Shown here piece after piece: positions 45,676 through 56,214 of a DNA stretch of 64,000 nt. The stretch is from Bacilli bacterium (GTDB lineage Bacteria > Bacillota_I > Bacilli_A > RF39 > UBA660), in NCBI GenBank assembly GCA_017409785.1, contig JAFQSD010000004.1:130910-194909 (forward strand), read 5' to 3'. How positions within the stretch are numbered: position 1 is the first letter of the stretch; every line of letters begins with the position of its first letter. The notes beneath the pieces are model-generated. The model was not told where the DNA came from, did no database searches, and was given only the letters and a program-made list of their open reading frames with translations. Position numbers and translations under genes: made by a program.

Positions 45676-48000
45676 ATGGAAAATGAAAAATTACTAGTTC
45701 TAATCATTAACGACATGGTTATCTTCCCCAATAACGAGATAAGAATAGAATATGATAACACATTCGATAAATCAATGATCAACATCATTGATAAACTAGA
45801 TAATGACTTAATGTTAATTGTTAATCCAATAGAAGAAAGTGAAGACATAAGTTTAACTAACTTACCAAGTTACGGAACATTAGGAAGATTAAAATTAAAA
45901 ATGAATGTTCCAAATGGAAAAACAAGAGTAGTGATCGACGGTTTAAAAAGAGTTGAAATATCAAATTATTCCAAAGAAGATGATGAATTCTTCTACGCCG
46001 ACTATAAAGAATTACATCATGAAGAAACAAAAGAAGAAAAAGACTATTATAATATTTTAGTTAAGTCATTAGAACACTATATTGAAAGAGTACCATATAT
46101 GAGTAATGCAGTAATTACTCAATTAAATAAAGTTAATACATTAGATGAACTATGTGATTTAACTGGTTCTTTCTTAACAATTGATTATCAAAAGAAAAAG
46201 AAATATATAACTATTACTAATCCTATTGAAAGATGCAAACAACTAATTGAAGACATGAATCAAGATCTTAAATTTATAGAACTTGAACAAAAAATAGAAG
46301 AACAAGTTGAAAAAGAATTATCGGAAACACAAAAAGAATATTTCTTAAGAGAAAAAATAAAAATAATGCAACAAGAACTAGGAGAAGTTAATAGTAAAGA
46401 CGATGAAGTAGTTAAATTAAAAAATAAGTGTAATAAACTAAAATGTTCGCCTAGAGTAAAAGATAGAATTAAAAGAGAAATTGCTCGTTATGAAGCAATT
46501 AACAGTAATTCGCCTGAATTAGGAATAGTAAGAGAATATCTAGATTGGATGTTAAATCTTCCATGGAATAATCTAACTAAAGATAATGATGATTTAGTAA
46601 AAGTAAAATCAATTCTAGATTCATCACATTATGCTTTAGACGATGTAAAAGATCGTATCCTAGAATATCTAGCAGTAAAACAAAATACAAATAGCTTACG
46701 TAGTCCAATTCTATGTTTAGTTGGTCCACCAGGAGTTGGAAAGACTTCACTTGCACTAAGTATTGCCAAATCATTAGGTAGAAAGTCTGCAAAAATAAGT
46801 GTTGGTGGAATAAATGATGAAGCAGAAATTATTGGTCATAGAAGGACATATGTAGGTGCAAATCCAGGTCGAATAATTCAAGGAATTAGAAAAGCGGGAA
46901 CATCAAATCCAGTCTTTATAATTGACGAAATTGATAAGATGACTAAAGACATTAAGGGAGACCCTGCCAGTAGTTTATTAGAAGTTCTAGATCCAGAGCA
47001 AAATAATAAGTTTTCTGATCATTATATCGAAGAGGATTTTGATTTATCAAAAGTGTTATTCATTGCAACAGCAAACTACATAGAACAAATTCCATATGAA
47101 TTAAGAGACAGATTAGAAATAATACATGTATCTAGTTACACAGAATATGAAAAATTAGATATTGCTAAACGACACTTAGTTCCAAAAGAGTTAGAAGAAC
47201 ATGGACTAACTCCATTACAAGTTCAAATTACTGATGAAGCATTAATGTTAATAATCAGACACTATACAAAAGAAGCTGGTGTCAGAGAATTGGAAAGAAT
47301 GATTGCAACATTATTTAGAAAAATAGTAAAGAAGATCTTATTAGAAAAAGATATGCCATTCTACAATATTGATGAACAAGTAATTGAAGAATTCTTAGGA
47401 AAGAAAAAATATCAATATAAAGAAAATACTGAAAAAAATGAAGTTGGAGTAGTAAATGGAATGGCCTATACCGTTTTTGGTGGAGACATTCTTCCAATTG
47501 AAGCAACATTATATAAAGGAAAAGGTGAATTAAAACTAACTGGTTCTTTAGGTGATGTAATGCAAGAGTCTTGCCATATTGCTCTAAGTTACATTAAAGC
47601 AAATATGAAAGAGTTTTTCTTAAACGAAAAGATTTTCTCAGAAAACGATATTCATATACATGTACCTGAAGGTGCAGTAAACAAAGATGGCCCTTCAGCA
47701 GGTGTAACTATTACTACAGCCCTAATAAGTTTACTTACAAATCAAGCTGTTGATAAAAATGTAGCTATGACTGGTGAAATAACTTTAAGAGGTAGAGTAC
47801 TTGGAATTGGTGGATTGAAAGAAAAAATTATTGGGGCCCATCGTGCTGGAATCAAAAAAATAATTCTTCCAGAAGAAAACGAAAAAGATCTAGATGAAGT
47901 ACCAACTGAATTAAAGAAAAGTATTAAGTTTATTTTTGTAAAAAAATATCAAGAAATATATAAACAATTATTCAAAGTAGGTAATAAACATGACGTATGA
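45676..48000 (+). CDS. lon: ATP-dependent Lon protease.
   Basis: Walker A motif GPPGVGKTS. Catalytic Ser-Lys dyad region DGPSAGVTITTALISL...KEKIIGAHRAGIK. ATG at 45676 after a GGAGGTGG RBS (the ORF-track start at 45658 is TTG). Confidence 0.9.
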   Translation: MENEKLLVLIINDMVIFPNNEIRIEYDNTFDKSMINIIDKLDNDLMLIVNPIEESEDISLTNLPSYGTLGRLKLKMNVPNGKTRVVIDGLKRVEISNYSKEDDEFFYADYKELHHEETKEEKDYYNILVKSLEHYIERVPYMSNAVITQLNKVNTLDELCDLTGSFLTIDYQKKKKYITITNPIERCKQLIEDMNQDLKFIELEQKIEEQVEKELSETQKEYFLREKIKIMQQELGEVNSKDDEVVKLKNKCNKLKCSPRVKDRIKREIARYEAINSNSPELGIVREYLDWMLNLPWNNLTKDNDDLVKVKSILDSSHYALDDVKDRILEYLAVKQNTNSLRSPILCLVGPPGVGKTSLALSIAKSLGRKSAKISVGGINDEAEIIGHRRTYVGANPGRIIQGIRKAGTSNPVFIIDEIDKMTKDIKGDPASSLLEVLDPEQNNKFSDHYIEEDFDLSKVLFIATANYIEQIPYELRDRLEIIHVSSYTEYEKLDIAKRHLVPKELEEHGLTPLQVQITDEALMLIIRHYTKEAGVRELERMIATLFRKIVKKILLEKDMPFYNIDEQVIEEFLGKKKYQYKENTEKNEVGVVNGMAYTVFGGDILPIEATLYKGKGELKLTGSLGDVMQESCHIALSYIKANMKEFFLNEKIFSENDIHIHVPEGAVNKDGPSAGVTITTALISLLTNQAVDKNVAMTGEITLRGRVLGIGGLKEKIIGAHRAGIKKIILPEENEKDLDEVPTELKKSIKFIFVKKYQEIYKQLFKVGNKHDV

Positions 48001-48640
48001 TTTAGAAGATAAAAAGAACATAATTTATTTAAAGAACCAATTAATTCATGGTGATGTAAAAAAACTAAAAGAATTATATTCGAGTGAAGATGGATATGCA
48101 TTCTTTCTAGATACCTTTAATATTGCCTTAGATACTGAACCTATATTTTTCTTGCTTGATGATTCAATTTTAAGAAAAGCAGAAGATATATTTTATAATA
48201 AAAGATTTGATTTTAAAGATCCTAATATAACACAAGTAACTAATGAGATAATTGGTAGACTTAATTCTATACGTGCAGTTCCAGAAAACATTAAAAATTT
48301 AAAATGTAGACAATATTCTATGTGGCAACAACAAATTAGAGGAACAGCATTTACAAGTAAAGATGATCTATTAGGTGGTCTAGCATATGATGCAATATTA
48401 ATGGAAAAACTATATCAAGGAAAATTAGGAGAAGTGGATGCTGTATATTTCTTCGCAAGTACTAATTATCTTGCACAAGTTTTACCAGAATTCTATCAAG
48501 AGGACCCAGCAAGAATCGACTTAACAATGGCTCGCCTTGATGCTCATGCCAGTAAGCTTTGGATTTGGAATTGGGCAGAAAGAGATTTTGCTAAGAAAGC
48601 AATCAATAATTTACAAAAAGTTAAAGCAAAAGAAGAATAA
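47990..48640 (+). CDS. Hypothetical protein.
   Basis: 216 aa. Its start overlaps the lon stop. Confidence 0.4.
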   Translation: MTYDLEDKKNIIYLKNQLIHGDVKKLKELYSSEDGYAFFLDTFNIALDTEPIFFLLDDSILRKAEDIFYNKRFDFKDPNITQVTNEIIGRLNSIRAVPENIKNLKCRQYSMWQQQIRGTAFTSKDDLLGGLAYDAILMEKLYQGKLGEVDAVYFFASTNYLAQVLPEFYQEDPARIDLTMARLDAHASKLWIWNWAERDFAKKAINNLQKVKAKEE

Positions 48641-48656
48641 TAATTCTTCTTTTTTC
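48630..48656 (+). terminator. Rho-independent terminator.
   Basis: AAGAAGAAT-AATA-ATTCTTCTT followed by a T-run. It overlaps the upstream stop codon. Confidence 0.55.
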
Positions 48657-48679
48657 ATACTCTTTTTTAGGAGGATTAT

Positions 48680-49411
48680 ATGAAAAAAATAATATCTTTT
48701 GAAAAGAGAATAGAGTTTCCTACTATGATTGGAGAAGTAACATCTATCTCTTTAGAACATGATTTAAAGTTTATTGATGAAAGTACAATCGAAGGAATGT
48801 TTACTGTTAATGGTACTTATAAACTAACAGAGGCATCAAGAATAGAAGAACCTTTCACATATGAGCTACCTGCAGAAATAATCTTAGGAGAAAAAATTGA
48901 TATTCCTGGATCAAAAATAGAAATTAATGATTTTTACTACGAAATAGAGAATGACTATAATTTAATTTGTTATATAGATGTTCAAGTAGAAGGAGTAGAA
49001 GTAGTAGAAATAGAAGAAAATACTAACCAAGAACCTGAAAGTGAAATGATTAGTTCACCACCTCAACCAGAAGAAATAACCTTAAAAATAGAAAAAATAG
49101 ATTCCATGGAAGAAGATAGAGAGTGCGATGGAGAATATCAAGAAGAGCAAATATCAGAAAGAGAGAATGAAGAAACTATGATACCTGAAACAAAAGAAAT
49201 GGTAAAATCCTTATTTGAAAATATTAATGATAGTGAAGAGTCATATGCAACATATTCTGTATACATATTAAGGGAAGAAGAAACAATAACTTCTCTAATG
49301 ACAAAATATAAAACAACAAAAGAAGAATTAGAAAATTATAATGATTTAACCAATTTAACTATTGGTTCAAAAATAATAATTCCTTATCATGAAGAAAAAA
49401 ATAATCTATAA
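48680..49411 (+). CDS. SpoVID/SipL-like spore morphogenetic protein (acidic, with a C-terminal LysM domain).
   Basis: C-terminal LysM domain TITSLMTKYKTTKEELENYNDLTNLTIGSKIIIPY. Acidic central region. It sits next to a CotS/YsxE-like gene downstream of lon, as in Bacillus spoVID-ysxE. Confidence 0.45.
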   Translation: MKKIISFEKRIEFPTMIGEVTSISLEHDLKFIDESTIEGMFTVNGTYKLTEASRIEEPFTYELPAEIILGEKIDIPGSKIEINDFYYEIENDYNLICYIDVQVEGVEVVEIEENTNQEPESEMISSPPQPEEITLKIEKIDSMEEDRECDGEYQEEQISERENEETMIPETKEMVKSLFENINDSEESYATYSVYILREEETITSLMTKYKTTKEELENYNDLTNLTIGSKIIIPYHEEKNNL

Positions 49412-50249
49412 ATCAAAAGTTCAAATTTTTGAAAAAGACAACAAAAAATATGTAAAAAAAATAAAGAAAAGTAATAAACAAGACCTATTTAATTATTTAG
49501 ACAATAAAGGTTTTAAAAATTATCTTCCTATTATCGAAGAAACAAATGAATATGAAATATATCGTTATATTTTAGAAAAGGATTTCCCAAGTGAAGATAA
49601 AGCTATTGAAATAGTAAAAGTTTTATCACTACTTCATATCTTAACAACAACATATCAAGAAATAAATCAAAACAAAGTAAATGATTTATATGAAAAAACA
49701 CTGAACACTCTTTCAGAATTAAAAACCTATTATTTAGAACTACAAGACCATATCGAAACAAAAGAATTTTTCTCACCAGCAGAACATCTTCTTATGAATA
49801 ATATTTCTAACATTTATAAAGCAATAAATTATTCAAATTATAAATTAGAAGAATGGTATCAATTAATAAAAACAAAAAAATCTCAACGATATGTCCAACT
49901 ACATAATAATATTTCTTTAAATCATGCATTAAAAGAAGAAACACTATACTTTATCAATTGGGATAATTCTAAAAAAGATTTTGCAATTTACGATTTTATT
50001 AATTTTTATAAAAACAACTTTCAAGATATAGAAATGACTTCCTTATTTAAAATATATCAATCAAAATTTACATACACAGATGATGAACTAATTCTTTTTG
50101 AGTCTCTAATTTCAATTCCACCAAAAGTAATATTTAGTAAAAATAACTATATTGATGTCATCAATGTAAGGCAATTGGTTAACTATGTTGAAAAAACGAA
50201 TAAATTTTTATTAGAAGATAATAAAGAAAATCAAGAAGAAAACAAATAG
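49389..50249 (+). CDS. CotS/YsxE-family spore coat protein-like (kinase-fold) protein.
   Basis: 286 aa. Assignment is mainly from synteny with the spoVID-like gene. Confidence 0.35.
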   Translation: MKKKIIYKSKVQIFEKDNKKYVKKIKKSNKQDLFNYLDNKGFKNYLPIIEETNEYEIYRYILEKDFPSEDKAIEIVKVLSLLHILTTTYQEINQNKVNDLYEKTLNTLSELKTYYLELQDHIETKEFFSPAEHLLMNNISNIYKAINYSNYKLEEWYQLIKTKKSQRYVQLHNNISLNHALKEETLYFINWDNSKKDFAIYDFINFYKNNFQDIEMTSLFKIYQSKFTYTDDELILFESLISIPPKVIFSKNNYIDVINVRQLVNYVEKTNKFLLEDNKENQEENK

Positions 50250-50520
50250 AAACTCACAAAAAAGCAAAATAGCGTTTAATTTAGTAGTAATAAATATTAG
50301 TAATAACATCTGATAAAAAATAATTATCAAAAATACAAATATACTATAAATATAAAAAATATTACTTCTTCTTTTTTGTTTACAGTTATTACATCTACAA
50401 AATAGAGAGTGTTTCTTCCTCATAAATATCACCACTTTATTTTATGCGTAAAAAAATATATTGACATCTTTATTAAATATGATAAAATAATATTGATAAT
50501 CATTATCAATAAGGAGAAAT

Positions 50521-50922
50521 ATGAATACAAGAAACACAAAACAAAAGGAAATAGTTCTTGAAATATTAGAAGCTAATAGAATACATCCCACTATGCAAGA
50601 AATATATAAGTTAGCTAAATTAAAATATCCTAATATTGGTCAAGCAACAATTTATCGTAATGTGAATAAGCTTGTTGAAGAAAGTAAGGTATTACGTCTA
50701 CCGGCAACATCTGATGAAGGATATCATTACGATATAAACATTGAACCCCACAATCATTTGGTTTGTAATTCTTGTGGGAAAATTATTGATTTATATGACA
50801 ATGATTATAATTCTATGATTCAAAGAATTGAAACTACAAACTCTGTTAAGATAAGTAGGTCATTATTAATATTAGAGGGAATTTGTTCTAAATGTATTAA
50901 TCAAAATACTACAAAAAAATAA
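50521..50922 (+). CDS. perR: Fur-family transcriptional regulator (PerR-like).
   Basis: Winged-helix N-terminus plus H..H.C..C...C..C metal-binding sites (HNHLVCNSCGKIID...CSKC). Located upstream of rubrerythrin. Confidence 0.65.
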   Translation: MNTRNTKQKEIVLEILEANRIHPTMQEIYKLAKLKYPNIGQATIYRNVNKLVEESKVLRLPATSDEGYHYDINIEPHNHLVCNSCGKIIDLYDNDYNSMIQRIETTNSVKISRSLLILEGICSKCINQNTTKK

Positions 50923-51000
50923 CTAATATTGGTATAATATAAGTATATTAAGAGATGAACTCTTAAATATAAACAAAATAATTAGAAAAGAGGTAATAAA

Positions 51001-51543
51001 ATGGAACTAAAAGGAAGTAAAACAGAACAAAATTTAATGACTGCATTCGCAGGAGAATCACAAGCAAGAAATAAATACACATATTATGCAAGCAAGGCAA
51101 AAAAAGATGGTTATGAACAATTAGCAGCAATTTTCGAAGAAACTGCAAATAATGAAAAAGAACATGCAAAAATATGGTTTAAAGAATTACATGGTGGAGA
51201 AGTACCATCAACAGAAGAAAACTTACTTGATGCTGCAATGGGTGAAAACTACGAATGGACAGAAATGTATAAAGAATTTGCTGAAACAGCAAAAGAAGAA
51301 GGATTTACTCGTTTAGCTAAATTATTTGAAATGGTTGCAGAAATCGAAAAAGAACACGAAAATAGATATAGAATTCTATTACAAAATATTAAAGATGATC
51401 GTGTATTTAAAAAAGACGGAAAGAAAATCTGGGTATGTCGTAACTGTGGACACGTATATGAAGGAGAAGAAGCTCTTAAAGTTTGTCCAGTATGTGCTCA
51501 TCCACAAAGTTACATGGAAGTACAAGCAGATAACTATAGATAA
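51001..51543 (+). CDS. rbr: Rubrerythrin.
   Basis: Ferritin-like diiron ExxH motifs ([16 protein letters not shown]) and a C-terminal rubredoxin-like CxxC...CxxC ([10 protein letters not shown]...CPVCAHP). Confidence 0.8.
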   Translation: MELKGSKTEQNLMTAFAGESQARNKYTYYASKAKKDGYEQLAAIFEETANNEKEHAKIWFKELHGGEVPSTEENLLDAAMGENYEWTEMYKEFAETAKEEGFTRLAKLFEMVAEIEKEHENRYRILLQNIKDDRVFKKDGKKIWVCRNCGHVYEGEEALKVCPVCAHPQSYMEVQADNYR

Positions 51544-51548
51544 AACAA

Positions 51549-51572
51549 AATATTCCTTCGGGAATATTTTTT
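51549..51572. terminator. Bidirectional rho-independent terminator between rbr (+) and ORF 51571 (-).
   Basis: AATATTCC-TTCG-GGAATATT flanked by T-runs on both strands. Confidence 0.6.
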
Positions 51573-51948
51573 AATTGAAAGCAATTTCTGTATCAAGGTT
51601 TTCATCATAGATCGCAATATATAAAAAAATAACCCCGGCAATAACAATTAATGCTGAAGCAATAAAATTAAGTTCATTAAATTTTTTTTTCTTATAAGAA
51701 TCAAATACGCTTAACTCATTAATAACCTTAAAATTACCTTTAAAAAAATATAAATATACCACTAAAACAGCACTAAAAATAAATATATTGATCATTCTAT
51801 ATATATCTTTAGATTCAAGATTATTATTAATGTAATAATCTTTTTCAAATGAATTAGCTAAAAAAGATAATCCAATTATTAATAAATATATAATCCATAT
51901 AAAATTTTCAGTTTCAATTTCATTTAAAATCGCTTTACTATTATTCAT
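51571..51948 (-). CDS. Hypothetical membrane protein (about 3-4 TM segments).
   Basis: The ORF track extends to a TTG at 52032, overlapping the start of the U32 gene. The first ATG (MNNSKAIL) is at 51948. The start is uncertain. Confidence 0.3.
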   Translation of the reverse strand: MNNSKAILNEIETENFIWIIYLLIIGLSFLANSFEKDYYINNNLESKDIYRMINIFIFSAVLVVYLYFFKGNFKVINELSVFDSYKKKKFNELNFIASALIVIAGVIFLYIAIYDENLDTEIAFN

Positions 51949-52025
51949 ATTAAAATATATGTTACTTAGCAATTTATTATCGTTATAAATTATGATATAA
52001 TCAATATACAAATCGGGGTGATTAT

Positions 52026-54203
52026 ATGACAAAACATGAGTTACTAGTTCCAGCTGGAGACATGGAAAGTTTAAAACAAGCTATTCATAATGGAGCAGAT
52101 GCTATCTACTTAGGATGTAAATGTTTTGGTGCTAGAAAATTTGCAAGAAATTTTGATAATGAAGAAATCGTTGAAGCAATAAAACTAGCTCATTTATATG
52201 GCGTAAAAATATATGTAACTATGAATACTCTAGTTAAAGATGAAGAAGTAACATACTTTTTAGAACAAGTTGAATTTCTATATAAGTCTGGCGTAGATGC
52301 CATTATAGTTCAAGATTTTGGAATGATATGTTTAGTAAGAAACATGTACCCAGAATTAGAAATACACGCATCAACACAAGCTAATACTTCTTCAAAAGAA
52401 ACAGCCAAACTTTTTTATGATCTTGGGGTTAAAAGAGTAGTATTTTCACGTGAAATGACTTTAGAAGAAATTAATAGCATCGATGTACCTATTGAAAAAG
52501 AAGTGTTTATTCATGGTGCCCTATGTATTAGTTATTCTGGATGCTGTCTTATGAGTAGTATGTTAGGTACTCGTAGTGGAAACAGAGGAGAATGTGCTGG
52601 TAGTTGTCGTTTACCATATTCCCTAGAATTAGATGGTAAAGAACTATTATCTAAGAAATATCTATTAAGTACAAAAGAACTAAATTCTTCATCAAGAATA
52701 CAAGAACTACTAGATAGCGATATAGCAAGTTTTAAAATAGAAGGACGTATGAAAAGCCCTGAATATGTAGGCTTCATTACAAGATTCTATCGTAATCTAA
52801 TTGATCATAAAAAAATTGATTTAACTGAAGAAACAAGTAAGTTAAAAACAATCTTTAATCGTGAGTTTACAAATGGAAATCTTTTCTCAACACCAGCTGT
52901 AGAATTAATGAACAATAAAACACCAAATCACATTGGCCTTGAAATCGGAAAAGTACTAGAAGTAACGCCCCAAAAAATAAAAATAAAGTTAACTCAGCCA
53001 CTAAATCAACAAGATGCTATTCGTTTTCTAAATAGCGGAAAAGGATTTATAGTCAACTTCTTATATGACGAAAAAGATAAATTAATAAATCAAGCTACTG
53101 ATATTTGTTATGTAGACAATAAAGTAAACTTAACTGAATGTGACATAGTATGTAAAACACAAGATTATAAGTTATTAACAGAGTTAAAAAACTTACCAGA
53201 ACGTAAAATAAACATCTCTTATAAAGTCGCTGCTTTCATTGACAAGCCTTTAGAAATAACAATAAGCGATGGTATAAATAATATTACAGAAACTAAAAAC
53301 ATAGTTGCTAAATCAATCAATGCTCCACTTACTAAAGAACGAATTAAAGAACAATTAGAGAAACTAGGTAATACACCATTTATATCTACTAATACAGAAA
53401 TATCTTCAGATAATAACATATTTATCTCAATTAAAGAATTAAATGAATTAAGACGTTATCTAGTAGAAAAATTAATATCATTAAGAGAAAATAGTAAACG
53501 CCCATTCATAAAAAAACAAGTAGAATTTAACTACAGCAAACAACAAGGTGATAAAGGAAAAACAGCATCCGTATATACTGAAGAACAACTAACTACTTGC
53601 TTGGAATTAGGTTTCTCTAGAATTTATGTTATAGACTACAACTTATATGAAAAATATAAAGATAATGAGTCTATTTACTATAAAATACCTCGCTGTACAA
53701 GAATACCAAAAGTCTTAGAACAAGAAAGAAACCTTGTTTCAGACTACTATGATTATAAAGAAACAGAAAATAAATATATAGCTGATTATTCATTAAATGT
53801 AACTAATATATATACAATGTATTATTTAAATGAGTTAAAAATGCAATCAACAACTTTATCTGTTGAACTAACAGATAATGAGATAGTAAATTTATTAAAT
53901 AAATTTCAATCTAAATTTAATCAAGTTCCAGTATCTGAATTGCTAGTATATGGAAGAGTTGAAAACATGATTATTAAAGGAAACATTCTATCATTAGAAG
54001 AAAAAAATTACGGTTATCGAATAATTGATTTCAAAAATAGAAGATTCCCTGTATATTTTGATGGTATAAACACACATATACTTAATTTTGAAAATAAAAA
54101 TATAACTGACAAAGAACTATTAAGTAAAGTTACTCATTACAGATTTGACTTTTTTGACGAAGATGCAACTGAAATTAAAAAAATTGTAAACCAATATCTA
54201 TAA
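52026..54203 (+). CDS. Peptidase U32 family protein (large form, 725 aa).
   Basis: N-terminus MTKHELLVPAGDMESLKQAIHNGADAIYLG. Cys cluster CISYSGCCLMSS. Paralog of ORF 8117. Confidence 0.7.
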   Translation: MTKHELLVPAGDMESLKQAIHNGADAIYLGCKCFGARKFARNFDNEEIVEAIKLAHLYGVKIYVTMNTLVKDEEVTYFLEQVEFLYKSGVDAIIVQDFGMICLVRNMYPELEIHASTQANTSSKETAKLFYDLGVKRVVFSREMTLEEINSIDVPIEKEVFIHGALCISYSGCCLMSSMLGTRSGNRGECAGSCRLPYSLELDGKELLSKKYLLSTKELNSSSRIQELLDSDIASFKIEGRMKSPEYVGFITRFYRNLIDHKKIDLTEETSKLKTIFNREFTNGNLFSTPAVELMNNKTPNHIGLEIGKVLEVTPQKIKIKLTQPLNQQDAIRFLNSGKGFIVNFLYDEKDKLINQATDICYVDNKVNLTECDIVCKTQDYKLLTELKNLPERKINISYKVAAFIDKPLEITISDGINNITETKNIVAKSINAPLTKERIKEQLEKLGNTPFISTNTEISSDNNIFISIKELNELRRYLVEKLISLRENSKRPFIKKQVEFNYSKQQGDKGKTASVYTEEQLTTCLELGFSRIYVIDYNLYEKYKDNESIYYKIPRCTRIPKVLEQERNLVSDYYDYKETENKYIADYSLNVTNIYTMYYLNELKMQSTTLSVELTDNEIVNLLNKFQSKFNQVPVSELLVYGRVENMIIKGNILSLEEKNYGYRIIDFKNRRFPVYFDGINTHILNFENKNITDKELLSKVTHYRFDFFDEDATEIKKIVNQYL

Positions 54204-54268
54204 TCAACTTTAATATATAAAATTGTAAATATTTGTGTTAAAATATTAATTGATAAGGAGTTGTTAAA

Positions 54269-54790
54269 ATGGAAAAGAAAGAAACTCAAAGAAAAGTAGG
54301 AATAAAGAATTACCTAATCTTAGCTCTTATTTTTATCGTTGCAACTGTCATAACATTATATTTATGTAATGTTTACAATGTTTATGAAGAAAGTAAACGT
54401 CAAATACCAGTAATTAGAGGAACATTATCGGAAATCACAAGTGAAGAACTAGAACACTATATTTCTGAAAATCCTACTATTATGATGTATATTTGTACAG
54501 CAAGTAATGAAACTTGTAGAAAATATGAACAAAGTTTAAAAAAATATGTTGTTAGAGAAGAACTACAAGAAACAATGGTTTACTTAAATTTAACAGAAGA
54601 TGAAAATTTAAACTTCTCTGAGAAATTTAACGAAAAATATAGTGTAAATTTAAAATTAAAAGATAATTATCCAGCACTAGTTATTTTCGAAGAAGGTAAA
54701 GTAACTCATCTTCTTCAAGGAAAAGAAAAAGAGAAGTTGACTATAACAAAAACAAAACAATTTATGGAATTACATAAAATAGGAGAGTAA
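54269..54790 (+). CDS. Membrane-anchored thioredoxin-like protein (hypothetical).
   Basis: N-terminal TM segment. The CTASNETC motif is a possible redox pair. Confidence 0.3.
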   Translation: MEKKETQRKVGIKNYLILALIFIVATVITLYLCNVYNVYEESKRQIPVIRGTLSEITSEELEHYISENPTIMMYICTASNETCRKYEQSLKKYVVREELQETMVYLNLTEDENLNFSEKFNEKYSVNLKLKDNYPALVIFEEGKVTHLLQGKEKEKLTITKTKQFMELHKIGE

Positions 54791-54814
54791 TCTCCTTTTA
54801 AATTAGGAGGAAGT

Positions 54815-55324
54815 ATGAATAATATCGTTTTATATCAACCAGAAATACCACAAAATACAGGAAATATCATGCGTACTTGTGTCGCAACAGATACTAAATT
54901 ACATTTGATAAAACCATTGGGCTTTGTCATCGATGATGCTCATCTAAAAAGAAGTGGTGTTAACTACATTGATAAATTAGAATATGAAATATATGAAGAT
55001 TTTGAAGATTTTAAAAGTAAAAATCCAGGAGTGTACTATTACTTTACAAGATATGGTCACAAACCCCATACAAGTTTTGACTATAGCAATAAAGAAAATG
55101 AGAACTTATATTTTATATTTGGTAAAGAATCAACAGGAATACCAAAGGAAATTCTTCAAGATGATTTAGAACATTGCATGCGTATACCAATGACAGATAA
55201 AGTAAGAGCACTCAATGTATCAAATAGTGTCGCAATCGTAATTTATGAAGCTCTACGTCAACAAGATTATAATGACTTATTAAAAGAGGAACCTCATAAA
55301 GGTGCAAACTTCCTAGAAGAATAA
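54815..55324 (+). CDS. trmL: tRNA (cytidine34/uridine34-2'-O)-methyltransferase TrmL (SpoU family).
   Basis: MNNIVLYQPEIPQNTGNIMRTCVATDTKLHLIKPLGF is the TrmL N-terminal signature. AGGAGG RBS. Confidence 0.75.
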   Translation: MNNIVLYQPEIPQNTGNIMRTCVATDTKLHLIKPLGFVIDDAHLKRSGVNYIDKLEYEIYEDFEDFKSKNPGVYYYFTRYGHKPHTSFDYSNKENENLYFIFGKESTGIPKEILQDDLEHCMRIPMTDKVRALNVSNSVAIVIYEALRQQDYNDLLKEEPHKGANFLEE

Positions 55325-55339
55325 GAAAGAGTGAATAAT

Positions 55340-56161
55340 ATGTTAGAAAGAAAACAAGAAATTGAACGAAGTATTATTACCAAATTCCGTAAAACAATCT
55401 GGCGTCCATTTACAAAAGCTATTAGAGATTATGAGTTGATTCAAGAAAACGATAAAATAGCAGTTTGTATTTCTGGTGGAAAAGATTCTGTTATTCTAGC
55501 AAAATGTTTAGAAGAATTAAAAAAACATGGCAAAGTTAATTTTGAATTAGTCTACATCGTAATGAATCCAGGATATAATGACCAAAATCTTAATAAAATA
55601 ATTGAAAACGCCAAAACACTTGGCATAGATATTCAAATATTTAATTCGGATATTTTTGATGTTGTAAATAAACATGCTAGTGACTCGCCTTGTTACTTAT
55701 GCGCCAGAATGAGAAGGGGATTTCTATACGATAGAGCAAAAAGTCTAGGTTGTAATAAAATTGCCCTCGGACATCACTTTGATGACGTAGTAGAAACAAT
55801 TCTTCTATCTATGCTATATGGTGGAGAATATAAAGGCATGATGCCTAAATTAAAAAGTACAAATTTTGAAGGAATGGAATTAATTAGACCTCTATATCTA
55901 GTTAGAGAAGATGACATTATAGCTTGGAAAAACTATAACAACCTAGAATTTATTAATTGTGCTTGTAAGTTTACAGAAAAAGATAGTCAAAAAGATTCAA
56001 AACGATTAGAAATAAAACTTCTAATAAAGGAATTAGAAAAGAAAAATAAAAATGTTGCTTACAATATCTTTAAGTCAAGTGAGAATGTTAATATAGATAC
56101 AGTGTTAGCAACAAAAAAAGATGGAGAAAAAAATTCATTTTTAGAAAACTATAATAAATAA
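55340..56161 (+). CDS. ttcA: TtcA-like PP-loop ATPase (tRNA 2-thiocytidine synthase family).
   Basis: PP-loop motif CISGGKDS and CxxC motif CYLCARMRRG. ATG at 55340 (the ORF-track start at 55331 is GTG). Confidence 0.6.
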   Translation: MLERKQEIERSIITKFRKTIWRPFTKAIRDYELIQENDKIAVCISGGKDSVILAKCLEELKKHGKVNFELVYIVMNPGYNDQNLNKIIENAKTLGIDIQIFNSDIFDVVNKHASDSPCYLCARMRRGFLYDRAKSLGCNKIALGHHFDDVVETILLSMLYGGEYKGMMPKLKSTNFEGMELIRPLYLVREDDIIAWKNYNNLEFINCACKFTEKDSQKDSKRLEIKLLIKELEKKNKNVAYNIFKSSENVNIDTVLATKKDGEKNSFLENYNK

Positions 56162-56214
56162 TTGTATAAAATAATCTCTCTTCAATCATTATTGATTTGA
56201 AGGGAGATTTTTAA

